DNA of 64,000 bases, taken from the NCBI GenBank assembly GCA_023205875.1, contig CP060767.1, forward strand, positions 1 through 64,000, written 5' to 3'. The notes beneath the pieces were generated by a model. It made no database searches, was not told the DNA's origin, and worked only from the letters and a program-made list of their open reading frames with translations. Positions 1-9,289 of the stretch are shown piece after piece. This DNA is from Chloropicon primus (taxonomy: Eukaryota). A program made the translations under genes and the position numbers. Numbering within the stretch: position 1 is the first letter of the stretch; every line of letters starts with the position of its first letter.

Positions 1-238
1 CTAAACCTAAACCTAAAACCTAAAACCTAAAACCTAAAACCTAAAACCTAAAACCTAAAACCTAAAACCTAAAACCTAAAACCTAAAACCTAAAACCTAA
101 AACCTAAAACCTAAAACCTAAAACCTAAAACCTAAAAACCTAAAACCTAAAACCTAAAACCTAAAACCTAAACCTAAAACCTAAACCTAAAACCTAAACC
201 TAAAACCTAAAACCTAAAACCTACAAACCTAAACCTAA
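1..238. repeat. Telomere, (CCTAAAA)n = TTTTAGG on the G-rich strand, with occasional CCTAAA/CCTAAAAA variants
   Basis: Continuous 7-mer tandem array from base 1, C-rich strand on +, as expected at a left chromosome end. Confidence 0.97.
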
Positions 239-945
239 GGAAGGACGACCTGGCCAAGGAAAGGAGCCGGAGAACAAAAGAAGCCTAAGAGAAAGACACC
301 GTCGCATCATCCAATTTTTCCGTGGTGCCTCCGAGTCACCGCGTTTCCTAAAGCCTTGGGAGTCCTAAAACCTAACGCCTAAAAGGCCCTCTCGTGGGTC
401 CGAAGTGCCTTGAGTAGGGTTTGCCCGAGGAAGAAAGGAAGGACGACCTGGCCAAGGAAAGGAGCCGGAGAACAAAAGAAGCCTAAGAGAAAGCCACCGT
501 CGCATCATCCAATTTTTCCGTGGTGCCTCCGAGTCACCGCGTTTCCTAAAGCCTTGGGAGTCCTAAAACCTAACGCCTAAAAGGCCCTCTCGTGGGTCCG
601 AAGTGCCTTGAGTAGGGTTTGCCCGAGGACGAAAGGAAGGACGACTTGGCCAAGGAAAGGAGCCGGGGAACAAAAGAAGCCTAAGAGAAAGCCACCGTCG
701 CATCATCCAATTTTTCCGTGGTGCCTCCGAGTCACCGCGTTTCCTAAAGCCTTGGGAGTCCTAAGACCTAACGCCTAAAAGGCCCTCTCGTGGGTCCGAA
801 GTGCCTTGAGTAGGGTTTGCTCGAGGAAGGAAGGAAGGACGACCTGGCCAAGGAAAGGAGCCGGAGAACAAAAGAAGCCTAAGTGAAAGACACCGTCGCA
901 TGATCCAAGCTTGCCGTGGTGCTTCCAAGCCACCACAGTTTTCCT
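238..945. repeat. Subtelomeric 198-bp tandem repeat, about 3.5 copies
   Basis: AAGGACGAC(C/T)TGGCCAAGG recurs at 241, 439, 637 and 835 (period 198); the fourth copy diverges after ~908; each unit holds CCTAA(A/G)ACCTAACGCCTAAAA and TAGGGTTT. Confidence 0.95.
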
Positions 946-1647
946 TCTGGTTTAGGTCTTAACTAAGGTTTTGGTTTTAGTCGGCCCTGAACCAGGTCGC
1001 ATAAGACGACGGATTCCAGCAGAAGAGTGGATCAGGGTAAGGTTTACGATTCAATCTCTTTATTCTCAGGTGCCCTAGATTGCACTCCACCCGGAACAGG
1101 CCTCTTCATCACGGACTCCATTCACACATCGTCCTCATCATCCATGGAGGTCTGTGGTTTGGGTTTTCGTGGTCCGACAGATGGACCTCTACAGGTTCAA
1201 CGACGACAGGAACAAACACAATATTAGAGGAGTATCCAAATATAAAATACAAGCCCCTTTTGACAAAGTTTTACAGCCATCGGACACGAACTGGATCCGT
1301 CACTCCACTATTCGTACCAAAAAAGTAGGCCCAAAATGGACAATAAAAGCTACAGAATCATATCATACACACCTACATTACACAATCAACTCAGCATGAA
1401 CCAAACCAAGAGGATCCAAGCCACGAACAACTACCCACAGACACCTCTCCTTGCCTTCCCTTCTCTCCCACACCACTGCATTGCCCCAAGAACACCTCTC
1501 CTCTCCCCAACCCTCGACAACGGTGGGGTCAGGCGGCCCATTCATTCTCCAACCTGACAACGAAAGCAGCGTCCATCATCATGATCGGTGGTCTGTCCGC
1601 AAGCTTAAGAAGAATTGGTATAGTATTACAGGGCAAGGTGCCTTACA

Positions 1648-2508
1648 TCACATCGTTTGGCGCACGTAGGCGTTCCACTCCAGGTCCGCGATGAGCTGGG
1701 CCCTTTGCAGGAGCCTGGTGTGGTCGATCCACCGGGGCGTAGGACAGGCGCTGCGCTCCTTCCGGAACCCGCTCCCCTTGGTCTCCGTGGCCTTCCGAGA
1801 AGCCTGGCCGAAGACGGGGTGCCCCCTTCTCCCCCCGAGGACGCCTTGGTCTCGCCGTCCCCCCCGGCTCACCGCCCTCGAGCCCCGCCCGCTCGCGGGG
1901 GCCGAAGGAGTCTGGTCGGTCTTTCCCTTGAGCTTCCTCTTGGATCCCCTTGTGGGCTCGAAGCACCTCTCGATCGACCTGTGGTCCCCGCCCGAGTGCA
2001 TCGCGTTCAGCCTCATCCTCATGGCGTGGTCCATCGTGCCAATGTCCTCCGTGAGCTTCTTCGACACGTTCACCATGTGAGACACTCTGTCCATGGAGTG
2101 GTATATCCCCTTCTCCCGCAGGCCCAGGCTAATCTCCTTCTTGTTCAGCGTCTTCAGGAGTCTCGCTCGGTCGGCCAGGAGCTCAGGCTTGTACTCCACC
2201 GTGGAGTGGATGGCCTTGCGGGACACCGACTTGGGCCTCGCGAACCCAGCCCGCATCACCGTCTCTATCTTGTTCACTATCCTCTCCTTGTCGCTCGCCT
2301 CCCTGTCCTTCTCGTCGTCCTCGTAGTGCAGCCTGAGGTACTCTCCGTTGTCGTGCGGGGAAGGTCCCCCGGCCTCCGACACCAGCGGCCCCAGCCCCTC
2401 GAGCGTCCCTATGCTCGCCCTCGGCGCCCTCAACCGCATGTTCATCTTCGCAGTCCTGGCCATGGCCGCGTTGTCCCTCGCTTCCTCGACCTTGCTGACA
2501 TTCCCCAT
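1648..2508 (-). CDS. Hypothetical basic protein (start uncertain; ORF is open to 2763)
   Basis: Long ORF with GC3-rich codons like neighbouring genes; the stop overlaps a TGTAA; no recognisable domain. Confidence 0.6.
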   Translation of the reverse strand: MGNVSKVEEARDNAAMARTAKMNMRLRAPRASIGTLEGLGPLVSEAGGPSPHDNGEYLRLHYEDDEKDREASDKERIVNKIETVMRAGFARPKSVSRKAIHSTVEYKPELLADRARLLKTLNKKEISLGLREKGIYHSMDRVSHMVNVSKKLTEDIGTMDHAMRMRLNAMHSGGDHRSIERCFEPTRGSKRKLKGKTDQTPSAPASGRGSRAVSRGGRRDQGVLGGRRGHPVFGQASRKATETKGSGFRKERSACPTPRWIDHTRLLQRAQLIADLEWNAYVRQTM

Positions 2509-3364
2509 CACGACGGCCTCCTCTTCCCTTGACCGGGGCCTGAGGTATCGTTTGAGGTACCTCTCCGGCCTCGCACCATGGACTCCTTTGTGTTTGTTCT
2601 TCTGGTTCGTCCTGTTCTTGTGGAACCTGTGGAGTATGGACAAAGGAATGGCGGTGTCCCGGTCTTGCGTGTTATCAGAAGAGTAAGAGTAAGAGTGAGA
2701 GTGAGAGTGAGAGTGCGTCGTGCTTGCACTCCCCTGCTCCCCCATTCCTCCCGCCCTTGTCATCTTGTTCTTGTTGTCCTCCTCTCTCCTTTCCCTCTGC
2801 GCTGCGCTGCTGCAGGGTCAAAGATGACCAAGACTCCTCCTGGAGGATCTTGGCCGAATTTTCGGCCAGGCCATGAGAAAATTTCGGCCAGGCCAGGCCG
2901 GAGAGGCAGACAGAGACAGAGACAGAGACAGAGACAGAGACAGAGGAGGAAGGGCACGGGAGGGGGGACAACGAGACAAGGCAAGGATCGATCGTCGACC
3001 AGACAACCCCCGAAATACTACCTCGGCTCGAGCCGGTACACGACCACCCTGCACTCGGGTGTCCAGAAAGGAAAGGAAAGGAGGAGGAGACCAAGATCCT
3101 CAACTTGGGGAGGGAGGGAGGCGAGGGGGAGGCCGAGGGCGAGGGAGGAAGGCGCCAGGCACACCAGCCGGTTTAGGTGATCATCATCCTGAGGGTGGTT
3201 TCCTAAAGCGATGAAGAGGAAGGGATAGGTTGGGTTGCAGGACGAGGACTTTGCCAACACCAAGCAGGAGAGGGGGAGGAGCAGGGACTCACGCGGCGAG
3301 GACACGACCACGGCACGACACGGGTGGAGAACAACTTAACCCAACCGCGTTGACTGACGGCGGC

Positions 3365-4786
3365 ATGGGATGTAACGTGGCGCGCGTGGCATGGACGGCG
3401 GTCCTGTTGATCTTGGTGGGCGTTTCGGGACAGACGGTGGGAGCCGAGGGGTACGACTACGACTCGTCGTACGTGGACGTGAGGGAGGTTCCTCGCACCC
3501 TGAGCAACGCCATGAGGCTCGCGGGCCACTTCAGCGACTTGAACGAGGGCGTGGTGGAGCCGGGCCTGCGGGTGGACATGGAGGCGGCGCACAGGTTGAG
3601 CCTGCAGGCCGAGAACACGCAGAGGTCGCAGGGAGAGGGGGGGAGGAACCCAACCTGGTGGGCCGAGGGGGAGGGGAGCGCGGTGTTCTGGGACGACCTT
3701 GACGATCCAGGCCGGAGCCAAGCCGCGTGGGAGAGCGTGCTTGGGGGGTCAGCCACCACGATGTGCGGGTCTGTGAGCGGGGAGAACTCCCTGTGCTTTG
3801 GGGGCGATGCCTTTGCCGCCGTCGAGGAGGAGAACTCCGCCTTTGCCTTGCGCCAGGCCGTGACGTCGGTGTTGGACACCACGGCGGCTTCCAATGCGAG
3901 CTTCTCCCTTGCGATGGCCCGGCCGTACACCTACGACGGCGAGGACGAGGGTGGGGTGCAGGAGGGGGGGAGTTGCGCCGCCCCGGACGACAGCGCTGTG
4001 ACCTTTGAGTTCAAGCCCGCGGGGGGGCCTTGGACGGTCCTCGGATCCTTCAGCTCCGAGAACTACACCTGGGAGGGGGAGGGAAGGGCCCTCCCGACCG
4101 AGGCCAGGGGGATCAAGGGCGAGAAGGTCTTCGCCTTCGTGGTGCGGACGTTCGCCCTTCCCCCCGCCGCGAGGTCGCCCGCCACAAAATTCAGGTGGAC
4201 CCAGGCCAAGCTGAGTGAGGGGAGCGAGTCCGCGGAAGGGGACGACTCGGGGGACGACTCGGGGGACGACTCGGGGTCGCCGCCCACGCCGCAGGCATTC
4301 CCGAGCTGGGCCCTGGACAACGTCATCATCGTGGGCGGCGACGGGAAGGCGGACCCAAAGCCGGGAGACGGCGGCGCGGGGGATTCCGGCAAGGTTCTCG
4401 TCCACCTCTCCCTCCACGGGACGGAGGGCCAGCAGAAAGGGCGCCAGGACAACCTCGTGCACAGCAGGCTGGCCACCGTTTTGGTCCACGTGAACGCCCA
4501 GGTGGACGGCCTCTCGGCCAACAAGTTTGCGGTGGAGGGGGACGGCAAGGTCGTTTCGATCAACAAGATCGCCAGCTCCCTCGGTGGTCTGTCTCACATG
4601 GTTCCGTGGAAGCAAAAGGATGCCATGTCAGGCGGAGGGAGCCTTTACACTTTGACTTTCCTCAAGGGGACCAAGGACGCTTCCTTGCACCTTCCGCAAG
4701 GAACGTGCAGGGACGTGAAGAGCAACAAGGAAAACGAGGAGTCCAACAGAATCACCTTCTCCCGGCCTGCTGCTGCTGCGCGTTAA
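3365..4786 (+). CDS. Secreted protein with a Reelin-like subrepeat and a C-terminal Ig-like domain
   Basis: Signal peptide MGCNVARVAWTAVLLILVGVSG; Reelin-type motifs FWDDLD..W..VLGG..CG...NSLCFGG, RQAVTSVLDTT, LPPAARSPATKFRWTQ, WALDNVII; C-terminus resembles bacterial-type Ig-like repeats. Confidence 0.7.
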   Translation: MGCNVARVAWTAVLLILVGVSGQTVGAEGYDYDSSYVDVREVPRTLSNAMRLAGHFSDLNEGVVEPGLRVDMEAAHRLSLQAENTQRSQGEGGRNPTWWAEGEGSAVFWDDLDDPGRSQAAWESVLGGSATTMCGSVSGENSLCFGGDAFAAVEEENSAFALRQAVTSVLDTTAASNASFSLAMARPYTYDGEDEGGVQEGGSCAAPDDSAVTFEFKPAGGPWTVLGSFSSENYTWEGEGRALPTEARGIKGEKVFAFVVRTFALPPAARSPATKFRWTQAKLSEGSESAEGDDSGDDSGDDSGSPPTPQAFPSWALDNVIIVGGDGKADPKPGDGGAGDSGKVLVHLSLHGTEGQQKGRQDNLVHSRLATVLVHVNAQVDGLSANKFAVEGDGKVVSINKIASSLGGLSHMVPWKQKDAMSGGGSLYTLTFLKGTKDASLHLPQGTCRDVKSNKENEESNRITFSRPAAAAR

Positions 4787-5092
4787 CAATGAGTCGTCGT
4801 CGTCGTCGTCGCCGTCCGAGAGCAGTACAAGTTGTGGCCCCCAAGGCGCAGGCCCCTAAAACACCTCCCGTGTGTGTGTGTGTGTGTTGTACCAAAACGT
4901 GTATGTTTATGTTTTATATCCAAAATAGATGTGTACCATTGAGTAGCGATGGATCCAAGCGCTTCCCTTCCCTCCCCTTGCCCTTCCCCTTCCCTCCTCC
5001 TCGGTGTCCCTCCTCCCTGCAGGTTTTTGGCGCGCTCATCTGTCGCCTCGTCGGGGGAACGCAGCGCAGGAGGAGGAGGAGGGGCGAGAAGG

Positions 5093-6103
5093 ATGTGGCT
5101 GGTGGCGGGGAGCGGGGGGCGAGGGAAGACAACGTGCATCTTCCAGGTCGCCGCAAGACTCCTCCAAAACAACAACGACGACGACGACGACGACGACGAC
5201 GACACGGCGCTTGGGCCGCCTCGCGTTCTCGTCGTGGCCTTGAGGGACAAGCTCGAGAAGGAGGTCCCCGACCACATCGTCGAGGCGTGGGAGGCCTTCC
5301 AGGAGCAGGAGAGGGACGCCGCGGCGGGACGGGGCCAGGACAAGGACAAGGGCGAGGACAAGGGAGGGCTCGGGGAGGACCTGGGCCTCGGGTCGGACCC
5401 CTCCTCCTCGGACTCCTGCTGGCCCTCGGGATCGAGCAAAGGGGGCGAGACGGCGAGGGCGAGGAAAGTGCGCAGCCCGACCGTCCTGAGCCGGGTGGAC
5501 CTGCGGTACGTGAGAAGCGCGGAGGACCTGGTGAACACCCTCGCGTGCTTCCACCTGGCCCCGAGGGACAGGAGGCCCTCGGCCCTCCTCGTGGATGACC
5601 TCGACCTCATCTTGGCGAGGCACGGGGGGGGCGGGGCCGCCAAGAAGGGGGCGGACCGGGCCGGGGGAAGGGAGACCGCCTTCAGCGCGCTCGAGGCCAG
5701 GATGGCCAAGGTCTCCGCCCTCCTCAAGAACGTGGCCGATTTCTCGGCGGCGCTTTGGGACGGCCGCGGCGGCGAGGAGGATCAGACGGTGGTGAGGTGC
5801 ACCAAGTGCGGGGGTAGGAAGGTTGTCTCCTTTCCCGTGGTGGCAACGATCAGCAAGGCGGATGACCAGGCGACCATACCTTACTTGGACACGATGAAGA
5901 GGTGGTTCACCCACATCGTGGAGCTGGGGGAAACGCCAAAGCAAGCAAAAGTGTTTGCTCAGGGAGCGGCGTCATCACCATCAAGGAGCCCGAGTGCCGA
6001 GGAAGGCGGTTGGACGTGCAGGTGCGAGCTGAACACGATCATGTCCACCGTACTCCGGTGCCCCTTCGACCCTTTCGTGGTTCGGCCGGTCCCGCAAGTG
6101 TAA
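5093..6103 (+). CDS. SWSAP1: SWSAP1-like RecA/RAD51-paralog ATPase
   Basis: N-terminal Walker A LVAGSGGRGKTTCIFQVA, VLSRVDLRY...LACFH segment and Walker B ALLVDDLD; minimal RecA core as in SWSAP1. Confidence 0.7.
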   Translation: MWLVAGSGGRGKTTCIFQVAARLLQNNNDDDDDDDDDTALGPPRVLVVALRDKLEKEVPDHIVEAWEAFQEQERDAAAGRGQDKDKGEDKGGLGEDLGLGSDPSSSDSCWPSGSSKGGETARARKVRSPTVLSRVDLRYVRSAEDLVNTLACFHLAPRDRRPSALLVDDLDLILARHGGGGAAKKGADRAGGRETAFSALEARMAKVSALLKNVADFSAALWDGRGGEEDQTVVRCTKCGGRKVVSFPVVATISKADDQATIPYLDTMKRWFTHIVELGETPKQAKVFAQGAASSPSRSPSAEEGGWTCRCELNTIMSTVLRCPFDPFVVRPVPQV

Positions 6104-6109
6104 TTACAC
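6098..6109. terminator. Palindromic double TGTAA poly(A) signal (GTGTAATTACAC) between convergent genes
   Basis: TGTAA on + at 6099-6103 and on - at 6104-6108; UGUAA is the known chlorophyte near-upstream element. Confidence 0.55.
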
Positions 6110-6245
6110 GACACGTGCGTTTCGTGTCTTGTTTTGATATAGATGTGTACCATATTATTCCTACTTTACGCGATGATTTCCTAGGTTTGTTGTTCTCGCT
6201 CTCACGGGGGCAAGCAGCCAGGCAGCTGTCCTCTCCCCTCACTCC

Positions 6246-7937
6246 TCAGTCTTCTGACTGCAAAAAGAGCATCGCTTGGCGGCTGAGGCCCGCCTCGGCC
6301 AAGGTCTGCTCGAAGGTGGATTCGTCAAACACCTTCCTTGGAAAGTTACTCACGAGCTTGTAGTCGTAACAAGTGTTCGACTCGAGCGAGTCCACAAAGT
6401 TGTAAATCACCTTGACCCGCTCCTTGTCGTAGAACCTCCTGGTGACGCGGGATCCGTCCGGAAACCTGATCAGGACCTTGCTCACGCCGTCCTCCCCGGG
6501 CTCGGGCTCCTCTGGGATGGCCTCCGCCCTCTCCCTCCTCCTGGAGAGCACGGCCTGGGTCTTTTCCTCCACTTTCTTCCTGCTCAGCTCCTCCTCCTCG
6601 CGTTCCCGCAACTTCCTCTCCAATTCCTCCTGCTTTTCCTTCTCCTTTCTCTGGTCCTCTTGCAGGGCCAGGGCGAAGTCCCTCTCCTGCTCCTCGCGAA
6701 TCCTTCTGCTGGCCTCCCTCTCCTCCTGCTCCGCCCTCGCGGCCACGAGCATGGGGCCGTTGTCCTCCAGGACGCCCTCCAGGAGCTCAAGCAGGCCCTC
6801 CGTGGACAAGGCTCCCTCGGACAGCAAGATCAAGGCCATCCCGGAGGAGGGGGCCTGGGCCACCACGCGGTTTCCCGCCCCAAAGCTCTGGAGAATGGAG
6901 TTCGAGGTCAGGACAGCGAGTGCCGGGTACCTTGAGACCCTCAAGGACTGCGCCAGGCGGAAGGCGTCCCTGGACTGCGTGACGTCCCCGCCCCACAGCA
7001 CAAAGTTGTCCTTGAAAAAACCGGCGACCTCCGGCGTGTTGAGAACGGTCGAGCAGAACCTGGCGCACTCGGCGTGCTCCCGGGAATGGAGGTAGCACAC
7101 CAGGAACCTGCTGCGCGCCCTGGCCCTACTCAGGGCCTCGTAGTGCCCGCAGACCTCGAAGTCGGGGCAGACGCGCCCGCTGCCCTGGCCCGCCGCGGAG
7201 GCCGAGCAGCTCGGGTCCCCCGCCCGGGAGCTCTCGCTCTCCCTTCCCGCGTCCACGGCCGCTTGGCCCTGGTCCTGGCGGCAGAACTCCTCCTCGAATT
7301 GGTGCAGGAAGTGGGACGCCGCTTGGGTCGGGTCCACCAGAACGTGGCCCCGCGTGGCCTGAGCGAAGGACACCGTCAAGAGGCGGTTGAGCCACTGCGC
7401 GAGGCTCCTTGGGAGAACCAAGTTCAGGACGAGGCGGGTCGTGCTCGTGACGAAGACCAAGCTGCCCCTGACTCCGTGGGCGGACAGGGTGACGACCTTC
7501 CCTATCGTCCGGAAGCAGAGGAACACAACAGCCGCAACAGCGCGTCCGACCCCGAGCTGCCTCGCCCCGTCGTTCCCCGCCGCTCTCGCTTCCGCCGGAC
7601 GGGCCTCCCTCTCCCTCCGCCTCTGCCCTCCCCCAACCCTCCTCCTCGTCAGCTCCGTCAGGTTGTCCCTCCTGCTGGTCCCCGTCCTGCCGTCGTTCCC
7701 CTCCCCCCCTCCGCCGCTCGTCGTCCTCGTGCTCGTGCTCGTGCTCATGGTGTTGGTGGTTTCCGGTTTGAGTTGCTGCACGAGGAGTTCTGCTGCCCTG
7801 TGGACGTCGCCTTTTGTTTCCTCGAGGAAGAAGTCCACGACAGCCCTGTCCACCTCCACTTGTCCCTCCCCTTCACTCCTTGCCTCGTACAACTCCCCGA
7901 CCCTCGCAAGAACCTCCTCCACCTTATCCGAACTCAT
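6246..7937 (-). CDS. PUX10: UBX-domain protein, PUX10/FAF2-like (UBA-like, hydrophobic hairpin, UAS, coiled coil, UBX)
   Basis: FLVCYLHS..H...FC..VL...V..F..NFVLWGGDV (UAS); REEQERDF..AL..D coiled coil; IRFPDGSRVTRRF...SNFPRK (UBX); ORF upstream of 7937 is microsatellite. Confidence 0.85.
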   Translation of the reverse strand: MSSDKVEEVLARVGELYEARSEGEGQVEVDRAVVDFFLEETKGDVHRAAELLVQQLKPETTNTMSTSTSTRTTSGGGGEGNDGRTGTSRRDNLTELTRRRVGGGQRRREREARPAEARAAGNDGARQLGVGRAVAAVVFLCFRTIGKVVTLSAHGVRGSLVFVTSTTRLVLNLVLPRSLAQWLNRLLTVSFAQATRGHVLVDPTQAASHFLHQFEEEFCRQDQGQAAVDAGRESESSRAGDPSCSASAAGQGSGRVCPDFEVCGHYEALSRARARSRFLVCYLHSREHAECARFCSTVLNTPEVAGFFKDNFVLWGGDVTQSRDAFRLAQSLRVSRYPALAVLTSNSILQSFGAGNRVVAQAPSSGMALILLSEGALSTEGLLELLEGVLEDNGPMLVAARAEQEEREASRRIREEQERDFALALQEDQRKEKEKQEELERKLREREEEELSRKKVEEKTQAVLSRRRERAEAIPEEPEPGEDGVSKVLIRFPDGSRVTRRFYDKERVKVIYNFVDSLESNTCYDYKLVSNFPRKVFDESTFEQTLAEAGLSRQAMLFLQSED

Positions 7938-7979
7938 CTTCTCTCGGCTCTGTCTCTCTGTCTTCCTTCCTTGTTCTTG

Positions 7980-8011
<32 letters not shown>

Positions 8012-8376
8012 GGTGATGGTGATGGTGTTCCTGCCCCCCGGCGGAGTTGTTCCCCTGGTGTTGTGTATGTTGTTCCCCTCGTGTCCTGTTGTGTCCTGTT
8101 GTGTTGTGTTGTGTTGTGTTGTGTGCGGAGCCGAGCTCCTCTCCCCTTCTGGCCTCCTCTTCGGCTTTTCTCTCTCTCTCTCGGGAAAGGAAAGAGGAAC
8201 GCGCGACGCGACGACCAAGACCAACACGAGGAGGCGACGAGGAGGCGACGAAGACGAGGGAAGAACAACAACACGACACGACACGACCTCGGCCTTGGCC
8301 TTGCCTTGACCACTCCACTCCAGGGACAACACAACCACAAGAGCAAGGAAGGAAGGAAGGAAGGAGGAGGAAGAGC

Positions 8377-9093
8377 ATGGAGAAACAGGGACAAGGGCAG
8401 GAGGGGAGGAGGGGGGAGTGTGCGGAGACCTGCTTCGACTTGCTTCTCATTGAGATGATCCACTTGTACGGAGGGAGGCCAACACAAGGAACAACAACAA
8501 CGACGACGACGACGACGACGACGACGACCAATGCGACGGAGGCCACACCGAAGGCGAATGGCGGTGGGGTCCAGGAGAGGCGGCCGAGTGGGGCCCAGGA
8601 GAGGGGGCCGGGGGAGGCAGGGGCAGGGCCAGGGGGAGGACCGGGGGATGGGTTGGAGAGCATGGGGTTCCAGGTTGGATGCCAGCTCGGGGAGAGGTAC
8701 TCCAAGTCGAGGGCCAGCTTCGACGACACCCTCGATATTGTGAAGTTCCTGTGCAAGGACTTTTGGACAGAAGTTTTCAGGAAGCAGGTGGACAACCTGA
8801 AGACCAATCACAGGGGCGTCTTCGTGCTCTACGACAGCAAGTTCAGGTGGCTTCGGTCAGCTTCCGCCGGGAAAATGATGGGCGACAACGCGAGCGCGGC
8901 GGCGGTGGGCGCGGGGAGCGGGGGTCAGCCCGGTCAGGGGAAGACCACCGTGGGGGACCTCCTCCGGTTTCCCTGCGGCCTGATCCGCGGGGTGCTCTTC
9001 ACCCTCGGAATCAAAGCCGTGGTCTCGGCGGACGTGGCCTCCTCGCTGCCCGCTTGCTCGTTCACCGTGAAGATACAGCAGCAGGCAAAGTGA
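8377..9093 (+). CDS. TRAPPC6: TRAPP complex subunit 6 (Trs33/Bet3 family)
   Basis: LESMGFQVG.QL.ER, LDIVKFLCKDFW..VFRKQVDNLKTNHRGVFVL.D..FRWL, FPCGLIRG. Confidence 0.93.
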   Translation: MEKQGQGQEGRRGECAETCFDLLLIEMIHLYGGRPTQGTTTTTTTTTTTTTNATEATPKANGGGVQERRPSGAQERGPGEAGAGPGGGPGDGLESMGFQVGCQLGERYSKSRASFDDTLDIVKFLCKDFWTEVFRKQVDNLKTNHRGVFVLYDSKFRWLRSASAGKMMGDNASAAAVGAGSGGQPGQGKTTVGDLLRFPCGLIRGVLFTLGIKAVVSADVASSLPACSFTVKIQQQAK

Positions 9094-9289
9094 AGACGAG
9101 GCGATCGGGGACCGACGGAGGGCGAAGCAAACGAATAATATTACAACAAAGACGAACCACAACCCAGACCAACTTTTGTGATCGCAGCTTTTTTAGACGA
9201 AGAAAAACTTGACAGCAACGACGGTAAGCGCGCCGAAAGTGAAGCGATTGATAAATAGGTGCTCCGCGTCGCGGGCTGCCACGCAAGTC

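Noticed and set aside
960..1640. Possible transposon or retroelement remnant between the satellite and the first gene
   Set aside because: Only short ORFs; no RT, transposase, LTR or TIR motifs that I can recognise.
7938..8376. Overlapping long extensions of the PUX10 and TRAPPC6 ORFs
   Set aside because: Microsatellite-rich divergent promoter/UTR that lacks stops by chance.
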